Positions 51,094 through 58,361 of a stretch of 64,000 nucleotides of DNA are shown here, piece after piece. Below the pieces are notes generated by a model. The model saw only the letters and a program-made list of their open reading frames with translations, was not told where the DNA came from and did no database searches. Each line of letters opens with the position of its first letter. Position 1 is the first letter of the stretch. A program made the translations under genes and the position numbers. The stretch lies in NCBI GenBank assembly GCA_964570365.1, contig CAZMXT010000001.1, positions 73,440-137,439 on the forward strand, in the 5' to 3' direction. The stretch comes from an uncultured Pseudomonadales bacterium. Lineage in GTDB: Bacteria; Patescibacteriota; Microgenomatia; UBA1400; PJMF01.

Positions 51094-51776
51094 GTAAGCT
51101 CATGGAGTGTTAATTCTTTAACGATGTACCCAAATCCCCGAATGGTTTGAATGATTGTGTTGTGGGAACCTAGCAGGATCCTGATCCGTCGCATGTAGAC
51201 GTCAATCGTGGTAAACGAAGGAGTATCTGCTTCCCCCCAAATATTATCGATGATCATTTCTCGGTTGATGACACAATTTTTATGACGAACTAAAAAAGCT
51301 AAAAGCTCAAACTCCCGCTTCCGAAGCTGGACAGTTCTCTGACCTACATGCACTAATCCAGCCCTGGGAAACAAACTCAGCTGGCCAGCTCTTAAAGGAC
51401 CGCTATCTAGATTCTTGGTTCTAGCTAACAGCTTCTGCACACGCAGTAGTAACTCAACACTAGAGAAGGGCTTCGCCAAGTAATCGTCTGCTCCTTTTTG
51501 TAGGCCAAAAATGCGATCAGGGATAGAGCACTTCTCGGAGAGAATCAAAATTGGAGAGGTTGATAGCGAATGGTGTAGATACTCAGCAATTTCTACCCCG
51601 TCACCGTCTGGCAATCGGCGATCGAGCATCACCAAGCTGGGACGATGAGTCGCCAAAAAAGTATATCCTTCCTCCAAGTTGGCTGCCGTAAAAACCCTAT
51701 ACTCGGACTTGGGTAATAGCTGCTGAATGGAGTGGGTCAACTGGGTATCATCTTCCACTACCAAAATATTGTGCAT
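51090..51776 (-). CDS. OmpR/PhoB-family response regulator (no kinase gene in the window)
   Basis: LVVEDD; LD..LPDGDG; GADDYLAKPF; winged helix EFELL..R..IW..IDVY..R..TIRGFGY. Confidence 0.95.
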   Translation of the reverse strand: MHNILVVEDDTQLTHSIQQLLPKSEYRVFTAANLEEGYTFLATHRPSLVMLDRRLPDGDGVEIAEYLHHSLSTSPILILSEKCSIPDRIFGLQKGADDYLAKPFSSVELLLRVQKLLARTKNLDSGPLRAGQLSLFPRAGLVHVGQRTVQLRKREFELLAFLVRHKNCVINREMIIDNIWGEADTPSFTTIDVYMRRIRILLGSHNTIIQTIRGFGYIVKELTLHELT

Positions 51777-51797
51777 ACCCTGACTATATCAAAGAAG

Positions 51798-51814
51798 ATT
51801 AAATTATTCTTAAA
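51798..51814 (-). promoter_or_regulatory. Direct repeat TTTAAG-N5-TTTAAT upstream of the regulator, followed by an extended -10 TGATATAGT
   Basis: Minus strand reads TTTAAG AATAA TTTAAT CTTCTT TGA TATAGT CAGGGT ATG. The 11-bp period is typical of OmpR-family boxes. Confidence 0.45.
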
Positions 51815-51851
51815 TTTTGGGAGAAATTGGCGAGCAGATTTTGAAACTTTG

Positions 51852-51922
51852 ATCCCAGGCTAGGATTCGAACCTAGAAGAACAGGGTCAGAACCTGTTGT
51901 GATGCCATTTCACTACCTGGGA
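51852..51922 (-). tRNA. tRNA-Gln (anticodon CTG), CCA not encoded
   Basis: Reverse complement TCCCAGG..ACAGG-TTCTGAC-CCTGT..CTAGG-TTCGAAT-CCTAG-CCTGGGA-T. Acceptor, anticodon and T stems all pair; TGTTATAAT lies upstream. Confidence 0.95.
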
Positions 51923-51982
51923 GCTCAGCACTTAACCGAGGAATTATAACAAAACTCCTCCATTCCTACAGCTAGGGCTTCA

Positions 51983-52021
51983 TTTAATAATCTTTTAATA
52001 TTGCTGTCATTGTTTTGTCAT
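51983..52021 (+). promoter_or_regulatory. Two 11-bp-period direct repeats upstream of the five-gene operon (TTTAAT-N5-TTTAAT and CTGTCAT-N4-TTGTCAT)
   Basis: TTTAAT AATCT TTTAAT at 51983-51999; CTGTCAT TGTT TTGTCAT at 52004-52021, which is Pho-box-like. Confidence 0.45.
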
Positions 52022-52072
52022 CTATTTTAAATAGAATTTGTCTATTATTACTCTACGAATAAAAGAACTCTT

Positions 52073-52666
52073 ATGAGCAGAGAAAAAAAGAATCCCGTTG
52101 TGCAGGGTGACCTAGCAGAAACAGCTCGTACCCAACCACTTCCCTTTATTTTAATGAACGGGGAGTGGCAGGATGGCACTCCTTGGCAGTTTGTGGCCAC
52201 TCCATCTTCAGAAAACTTTCCCAACCCTAGTCTGTGTACAGCTGCCTTCTGTGTGGTGACTTATCAAGAAAAACTCGTCGTGGTTGAGCACACCAAACGA
52301 GGGATCGAGCTCCCCGGCGGGCATGTTGATCCAGATGAAGAAATTCCCCGGACCGTTGAGCGGGAGGTACTAGAAGAATCTGGCGCCAGAGTCCTCCAGC
52401 CCACCTTTTTTGGCTACAAGAAAGTCTCACCAGCGAATCCAATTCCTCATCGAGATGATCAAAGCAAATTTTATCCTTTTCCTCATTCCTTTGTTCCCTA
52501 CTACTTCTGCGAAGCTGCAGAGATGCTCAATGTGCCGTTGGCAGCGGACGTGAAGGCTGTCCACTTAGTTACCCTCCAGGAAGCTCGCCAGCTCTTCACG
52601 CCAGGACAGAATCATCACGTAATCATTCAACACTTACTCCAACAAGGAGTCATCAGACTGCAATGA
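52073..52666 (+). CDS. Nudix hydrolase
   Basis: Nudix box GGHVDPDEEIPRTVEREVLEESG; first gene of the operon. Confidence 0.9.
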   Translation: MSREKKNPVVQGDLAETARTQPLPFILMNGEWQDGTPWQFVATPSSENFPNPSLCTAAFCVVTYQEKLVVVEHTKRGIELPGGHVDPDEEIPRTVEREVLEESGARVLQPTFFGYKKVSPANPIPHRDDQSKFYPFPHSFVPYYFCEAAEMLNVPLAADVKAVHLVTLQEARQLFTPGQNHHVIIQHLLQQGVIRLQ

Positions 52667-53643
52667 TGAAGCCAACTCCACCAATCACCCGACCTATTTC
52701 TATTGGCTTGATTGGCTATGGAAAGCAAGGTAGTCAGCACTTTGAGAGCCTACTTCCACTGATCAAACAGCATCGAATCCAGATCTGCGGTATTTGTGAC
52801 CTACTCCAGCCTGGAACATTTCAAAATATCCCCTTTTTTCAGGATTACCGTGATCTGTTGGCAGAGCAAAAACCAGATGCGGTCATTATCACCACTCCTA
52901 ACTACTTACACCAAGAGATCGGCATGGCAGCGCTCAGCGCAGGTTGTGACATCATTAAGGAAAAGCCATTGGCAACTTCGTATGCCGAGGGCAAAGAGCT
53001 GATTCAACGAGCAGAAACGCTGGACCGATTGGTCATTACTGCCCAGCAGCGTTTCTACTCTCCATTTTTTCAAAAGGTAAAGCAGCTCATTCCTGAGCTG
53101 GGAGAAATCTTGGACTTCTCTTATCACTTCACCGTCAATGATGAAACCAATAGCTGGTACTGGGAACTGGCAAAAGCCGGCGGAGGTAGCTGGTTAAATA
53201 TGGGCTGGCACGGCATTACGATTTTGCAGTGGCTGCTTGGTCCAGTCACCGATGTCCAACTGACCTGGAACACAGGCGGCAAACGCAACTGGGTGTATGA
53301 CACTGACCACAGCTCATTCGCCCGCCTTACTATTAACCAGAACACTACCGGTCATGTGTTCTTCAGCTGTATCTACCCAAAAGAAGAGTCGCTCAAGATT
53401 GTTGGCAATAATGGCACAATTCTCCTGACGCGGGAAAAGTTGAAGTTTATTACTTCTACCAAGGTTCGCGTTTACCGCTCCTTTCAACCCACTACCACTG
53501 CCTATGTCCGCCAGTATCAGCGCATCTTTCAACAGTTGGGGACGCGAGAGCACCGCATGCAGGCAGATCTTCAAACGTTGGCCGTTATCTCACAGGGAAT
53601 CGAGTCCCTCAATAAAGGAGGCTTCCATGCCAAAAAAAACTGA
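52663..53643 (+). CDS. Gfo/Idh/MocA-family NAD(P)-dependent oxidoreductase
   Basis: IGYGKQG; TPN..H; EKPLA; QRF; GGGSWLNMGWH. Confidence 0.92.
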   Translation: MMKPTPPITRPISIGLIGYGKQGSQHFESLLPLIKQHRIQICGICDLLQPGTFQNIPFFQDYRDLLAEQKPDAVIITTPNYLHQEIGMAALSAGCDIIKEKPLATSYAEGKELIQRAETLDRLVITAQQRFYSPFFQKVKQLIPELGEILDFSYHFTVNDETNSWYWELAKAGGGSWLNMGWHGITILQWLLGPVTDVQLTWNTGGKRNWVYDTDHSSFARLTINQNTTGHVFFSCIYPKEESLKIVGNNGTILLTREKLKFITSTKVRVYRSFQPTTTAYVRQYQRIFQQLGTREHRMQADLQTLAVISQGIESLNKGGFHAKKN

Positions 53644-54901
53644 AGCGATCTTGGCCATTAATGGTGGTATCCCCGCCGTTACACTTACCCCACCCCATCA
53701 TATCTGGCCACCTGCTCCGACCGAAGATGAAAGACGGGATTTAATGCAGCAACGAGAGCTTGATATCGGCATTAAAGGCCGCGTCGGACCTATCCGAGTT
53801 TTTGAGGAACTGTTTAAAGACTTTCTGGAACACCAGGTTCAGTATGCGATTACCTTCAACTCCGGCACCTCAGCGCTCCTGGCAGCGTACTTTGCACTAG
53901 GTATTGAAGAAGGTGATGAAGTGATTGCCCCAGCAATTACCTACCATGCGGCTGTTAGTTGCCTATATTTTTTACGCGCCAATCCTGTCCTCGTAGATGT
54001 AGAACTAGATACCTGGACGATTGATCCGGCCAAGATTGAAGCCGCAATTTCTCCGCGGACCAAAGCAATTATTGTCGTTCATCAATGGGGGCATCCCGCT
54101 GACATGGATCGCATCCTTGCAATCGCCAAGAAGCATCGCCTCAAAGTCATTGAGGATTGTTCTCATGCTCACGGCAGTCGGTACAAGGGGAGACTAGTGG
54201 GCACATTCGGTGAGGTGGCAGTCTTCTCACTCCAAACCAATAAGCTGATCTTCGCTGGAGAAGGGGGGATTTTAGTCACGAATAGCATGGAGGTGCACGA
54301 TCGGGCGACCTTGCTCGGACATTATCGAGATCGTTCTAAAAATGAAGTTATCTCTAAGTTCTATCAGCAATTTTGGGTGACGGGCTATGGTCTAAAACTT
54401 CGCATGTCTCCCTACAATGCCATTACCGCCATCCATTCTTTAGCGGCTGCTCATACGCGAATTGCCATGCGCAAAGCTTGTTTGGAGTACTTTTCTGAGA
54501 AACTACGAGTCTTTCCAGAACTAACTATTCTGCAACCGAGAACTGAAGTGGAACTAGGTGCCTGGTATGGCTTCAAGCCTCGGTATGATTCCAGCAAGTT
54601 TCATAGTATTTCTCGTCAAAAATATATTGATGCGTTAGTTGCAGAAGGGGTAGATGTGAGTGAGCCAGGTTCGCCAGCCTTTTCGAGCTTGCCTCTTTTT
54701 ACTCTCAAAGATGACCAGATGTTTCGCAATCGTGATACTAAAAAAGTCTATCAGCCTGGTGACTTTCCTCAGGCAGAAAGATTAGCTCGTGAAAGCCTTT
54801 CCCTCCCGACATTCTCACGTTGGCCAGATGACAAAAAAGCTATGAATCAGTATGTCGCTGCGTTTCAAAAGTTACATGATAACTGGCAGGAATTAGCATG
54901 A
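53627..54901 (+). CDS. DegT/DnrJ/EryC1/StrS PLP-dependent aminotransferase
   Basis: NSGTSAL; GDEVI.P; VHQWG; EDCSHAHG; FSLQTNK..AGEGG. Start at ATG 53627, preceded by AAGGAGG. Confidence 0.93.
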   Translation: MPKKTEAILAINGGIPAVTLTPPHHIWPPAPTEDERRDLMQQRELDIGIKGRVGPIRVFEELFKDFLEHQVQYAITFNSGTSALLAAYFALGIEEGDEVIAPAITYHAAVSCLYFLRANPVLVDVELDTWTIDPAKIEAAISPRTKAIIVVHQWGHPADMDRILAIAKKHRLKVIEDCSHAHGSRYKGRLVGTFGEVAVFSLQTNKLIFAGEGGILVTNSMEVHDRATLLGHYRDRSKNEVISKFYQQFWVTGYGLKLRMSPYNAITAIHSLAAAHTRIAMRKACLEYFSEKLRVFPELTILQPRTEVELGAWYGFKPRYDSSKFHSISRQKYIDALVAEGVDVSEPGSPAFSSLPLFTLKDDQMFRNRDTKKVYQPGDFPQAERLARESLSLPTFSRWPDDKKAMNQYVAAFQKLHDNWQELA

Positions 54902-55464
54902 CCAAGATCTTATTCACTGGTACTACTAGCTCGGGAAAAACCACCCTCCTGCGTCACTTTAAAGCAAACTCGAGAGTTGGCGTCACCGTTATTGATGAAG
55001 TAGCCCGACCAATTCTGGAAAATCATCCTGAGCTCCTCAAAAGCCCCCAACTACAAAGCATTATTTTTGCCGAACAAACCAGGCTAGAAAAAGAGGCGGC
55101 GGCGGCGGGAGCAGGGGTCATTCTCTGCGACCGAGGCAGCGTAGACGTTCTGGCACATGCAAAACTTTTTGGTCAGGAACTTCTCCCAGAGTGGCGCACC
55201 TGGAGCCAGCAGGAATATGACCAAATTTACTTGCTTGACCAGAAGGACATTCGGTTCCAGCGAACACCCCTTCAGCAACACCTGGAAGAACAGGACTGGG
55301 GAAAGTTCCGGATGGACTTAGAAGCGCAACTCCACCTTACCTTAGCTGAGTGCGGTTTGGCCTACACTATTCTCTCTGGGAGCGTAGAGCATCGAATTGC
55401 TCAGGTTGAAGAGAAAATCTGGCAAAGCTTGTGGGAAGCAGAAAGACGGCATCAGAAAGAGTAA
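54898..55464 (+). CDS. P-loop kinase, AAA_28 (NadR/Ttd14-like), probable nucleoside/nucleotide kinase
   Basis: TGTTSSGKTT; EVAR; CDRGSVD; YD.IYLL; ATGA overlap. Confidence 0.8.
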   Translation: MTKILFTGTTSSGKTTLLRHFKANSRVGVTVIDEVARPILENHPELLKSPQLQSIIFAEQTRLEKEAAAAGAGVILCDRGSVDVLAHAKLFGQELLPEWRTWSQQEYDQIYLLDQKDIRFQRTPLQQHLEEQDWGKFRMDLEAQLHLTLAECGLAYTILSGSVEHRIAQVEEKIWQSLWEAERRHQKE

Positions 55465-55465
55465 G

Positions 55466-56227
55466 ATGCCCATTTTTAATCAAAGCATTTTCTTTTGGTG
55501 CTGCAAGCCACTAGGTGCTCTTTGTCTGGAATTCCTTCTCCAGACACTTGAAAAACAGTACTCAATCACCAAGCTTCTTGGTGTCTGTACTGCTACAACT
55601 GATTCCTCTCATCAGCAGATTAGTGAGATCGCCCAAAAGTATAACGTTCCTGTTTTTACGGAAGACCAGCCGATCGATCTACATGCTGATCTAGGTCTAG
55701 TGATAGGCTTTCCACAGCGCATCCCACTCAGTACCATCCAACGTTTTTCGCATGGAGTAATCAACCTGCACTTTGCCCCCCTGCCCGAATATCGGGGCTC
55801 GGGTACTCTCACTCATGCCATCATTAACCAAGCAGAGACGTATGGCCTGACCTTCCACTATATTGACGAGAAACTAGATACTGGACCAATCATTGCTACG
55901 CGACTGATTCCACTTTCTCCCACCAAAATAGCCTCACAGGTAATCGAAGAGCTGGAGGAACTTGGCTTTAGTTTTTTCCAGGAGTATCTAGAGCGCTTTA
56001 TCACTACTAAACTGCCGACTACCCCACAAGCAGAGTTGATCAGGCACTTTCAGATCATTCCGAAGTTCTGCACGCGGAAATCCATTGAAGAATTATATGA
56101 GCTCTCTCCAGCTTGGTCACTCGAAAAAATCCACCGCTATGTACGAGCGCTGAGTCTGGGAAAAAATCGCCAACCATACTTCAAGTTTGGAGAACAGAAA
56201 ATCTTTTTGAGCCTTAGGCAAACGTAA
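55466..56227 (+). CDS. 10-formyl-THF-dependent formyltransferase (Formyl_trans_N domain)
   Basis: GVINLHFAPLPEYRG; TFHYIDEKLDTGPII. Start taken at ATG 55466, 1 nt after the kinase stop. Confidence 0.88.
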   Translation: MPIFNQSIFFWCCKPLGALCLEFLLQTLEKQYSITKLLGVCTATTDSSHQQISEIAQKYNVPVFTEDQPIDLHADLGLVIGFPQRIPLSTIQRFSHGVINLHFAPLPEYRGSGTLTHAIINQAETYGLTFHYIDEKLDTGPIIATRLIPLSPTKIASQVIEELEELGFSFFQEYLERFITTKLPTTPQAELIRHFQIIPKFCTRKSIEELYELSPAWSLEKIHRYVRALSLGKNRQPYFKFGEQKIFLSLRQT

Positions 56228-57437
56228 ACATGCCCTTTTCGTAAATCACTCGGCGTGTACCGTTGGTCATGACAGCTGTCACAGTTCGATCAGTTGTGGA
56301 GATAATGTCAGTGTGCTCAGGAGAGTCGTTGAAGCCATGAGCTTCCCAGTCTTCCTTACTCAGATCTGCCGGGTTACCGCGATAACAATCCTTGTATGCC
56401 ATCCCAATTGCTAAGTGAGTATTCCCAAAAGGGCCACCGATATTTTCATCATAGAGCGTCTCTGCCATCACGTGTGTGATCCGAGACATTCGCTTGTCGG
56501 TGAGGGAGTATTCACCAATTTTATTGGCGTTCTTACTCTTGAGCATCTGTTGCAGTAATTTGTTGCCGACTCGAGCATGAGCCTGCGTCACTATGCCATC
56601 TTTAAATGTCAGCGAAATATCTCGCAGGACATTGCCATAACGGTAAAGTGGTTGATTAAACTTAATCCACCCTTCAGTGCCTCGCCAATCCGGTGACGTA
56701 AAAAACTCAAAGCTGGGAATATTGCGACCACCTCCCCCATTCCAGATTCGATTGGCACCGAGCTTGACCCGCAAATCCACGTCTTTCCCTTTTACTTCCA
56801 AGTAATCAATCTCCATCTCGTTGAGTTTTGCTTTGATCTGACGTTGGAAGATGAGTAACTCTTGCCACTCAGCCACGGGATTTGCCTTGTCCAGGAAGCA
56901 AGCCTTAATGATTTGTTGCCAGTAGTCTTTTAAGGAAAGACCAACTTCTCTGGCTGCTGCCTCTACTCCCCAGAGTCCAATCGTCCAGGTAAACTTTCCT
57001 TGAGTTTCTTTCTCAACTAACCACTCGCGATACTTGGTTTTTGAGTCGCGGGACAAAGTGATTTTCTGTGGATCAATATTCTTCAATTCTTGAGGATCCA
57101 CGTCAGCAATGATCGAGATATGATGATTCAATAAGGCAACTTTGGCTTTGGTGAACTCTGCTGGAAAGAACTCTAGTTGGTCATTTGATGCCAGCTGGAA
57201 AAAGTCTTTGCTAAAACCGGTCGGGGTTAAGCGGATAATCGGATGTCCGCCTGCTTCCAGGATGACATTCTGCAACTCCCGCGCTAGGGGTTTGGCCACA
57301 TCTGGGACTGTACACTCCACGACTTCCCCAGCCTTCATTCCTTTCCCTGAGTTCAGGGCGAACTTAACTAATACTTCCGCATATCGACGTAAAATTTTGG
57401 TAGGAGGTAGATAAAAAGAAGTATCTAAAGTTTTCAT
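56214..57437 (-). CDS. Aminopeptidase, peptidase family M29 (AmpS/AmpT-like)
   Basis: YAEVLV; NIPSFEFFTSP; GE; TLYDENIG..THLAIG.AY; N.S.EHTD. Confidence 0.92.
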   Translation of the reverse strand: MKTLDTSFYLPPTKILRRYAEVLVKFALNSGKGMKAGEVVECTVPDVAKPLARELQNVILEAGGHPIIRLTPTGFSKDFFQLASNDQLEFFPAEFTKAKVALLNHHISIIADVDPQELKNIDPQKITLSRDSKTKYREWLVEKETQGKFTWTIGLWGVEAAAREVGLSLKDYWQQIIKACFLDKANPVAEWQELLIFQRQIKAKLNEMEIDYLEVKGKDVDLRVKLGANRIWNGGGGRNIPSFEFFTSPDWRGTEGWIKFNQPLYRYGNVLRDISLTFKDGIVTQAHARVGNKLLQQMLKSKNANKIGEYSLTDKRMSRITHVMAETLYDENIGGPFGNTHLAIGMAYKDCYRGNPADLSKEDWEAHGFNDSPEHTDIISTTDRTVTAVMTNGTRRVIYEKGMFTFA

Positions 57438-58021
57438 TTCTTTTCCTGTAGATAAATAAATAGCTTGGCCATTGCCATAGCTCGGTGACTAATTAGCCCT
57501 TTGACCTGATCTCCAAGCTGGCCAAATGAGTCCTGATAGCCGGTCGGCACAAAAATGGGATCATAGCCAAAACCGGCTTCACCTTCAGTTGCTAGAGCTA
57601 TAGTACCGGTCACTTCACCTTCAAAAAACTGACATATATCAATCTGGGGATCATACCATGCGATCACGCTCACAAACTTGGCGCTACGATCTGAGTGAGT
57701 TTCCAGCTGGCGCAAAACTTCATTTACCCGATCTTTATCTGAACCTGGAAAAAAGCGCTTTGAGTGCACGCCGGGACGATTATTGAGGGCAGTAACTAAC
57801 AGTCCGCTATCATCTGCTATGGCCAGCAGACCTGATTGTTGACTAAAGCCACGGGCTTTGAGCTCAGCATTTTCCTCAAAAGTCTGCCCCGTTTCTTCGA
57901 CGTCAAATTCCTCAGGAACTCCAACCTCTGCCGGAGAAACTACCGTAATGGGCAGAACCTGAAAAGCGGTTCTGATCTCTTGAATTTTTTCGGGATTGCG
58001 ACTGGCTACCAGCAACTGCAT
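57434..58021 (-). CDS. rdgB: Non-canonical purine NTP pyrophosphatase (RdgB/HAM1)
   Basis: ASRN.EK; ETG.TFEENA..KA; ADDSGL; GFGYDPIF; SHRA. Confidence 0.95.
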   Translation of the reverse strand: MQLLVASRNPEKIQEIRTAFQVLPITVVSPAEVGVPEEFDVEETGQTFEENAELKARGFSQQSGLLAIADDSGLLVTALNNRPGVHSKRFFPGSDKDRVNEVLRQLETHSDRSAKFVSVIAWYDPQIDICQFFEGEVTGTIALATEGEAGFGYDPIFVPTGYQDSFGQLGDQVKGLISHRAMAMAKLFIYLQEKK

Positions 58022-58320
58022 TAATCCGCCTGTTGTCCACCACCACCACCCAACATACCACCAAGTCCACCCGTCATGCTCTGCAACTTCTTGGCTGCCA
58101 GCTCTTGGGACTTCTTAATTGCTCTGTTCAGGATGTCGATCACATCTGGGCTACTAATGCCTTGGACTGATAATTGTTTGATTTTTTGATCACCCGAGAT
58201 CACCACTAAAATATCACCTTCTTCGATTCGAATTTCCTCTTCCGAGAGCTCTTGCTGCATCTGCTTGGCTTGTTTGCGAAGTTGGTTTAAGTCACCCAGG
58301 GCTTTGAATGGATTTGCCAT
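58021..58320 (-). CDS. ybaB: YbaB/EbfC nucleoid-associated protein
   Basis: KQAKQMQQEL..V.ISGDQ..LN.AI..Q; directly downstream of dnaX; SD AAGGAG. Confidence 0.85.
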   Translation of the reverse strand: MANPFKALGDLNQLRKQAKQMQQELSEEEIRIEEGDILVVISGDQKIKQLSVQGISSPDVIDILNRAIKKSQELAAKKLQSMTGGLGGMLGGGGGQQAD

Positions 58321-58361
58321 ATATCTCCTTTAATTTTTTGGTCTCTCTTGGAGAGATTCTA

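Noticed and set aside
53504-53626. N-terminal extensions in the ORF track (also 26855, 35442, 43806, 55397, 60038, 60554)
   Set aside because: Downstream ATGs with an SD, stop/start coupling or family-typical N-termini fit better.
53632-53640. Programmed -1 frameshift at A-AAA-AAC with an upstream SD
   Set aside because: The aminotransferase is in the +1 frame, so a -1 shift would not join the genes.
51852-56227. tRNA-integrated mobile element carrying the five-gene operon
   Set aside because: There is no integrase or transposase, I saw no duplicated tRNA 3' end, and the operon lies on the tRNA's 5' side. Horizontal origin is possible but unsupported.
55466-56227. Methionyl-tRNA formyltransferase (fmt)
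   Set aside because: It is too short, lacks the FMGTP start and the Fmt C-terminal domain, and has no def neighbour.
56214-58021. M29 aminopeptidase and RdgB as members of the nucleotide system
   Set aside because: They are on the opposite strand and form the tail of the dnaX-ybaB housekeeping run.
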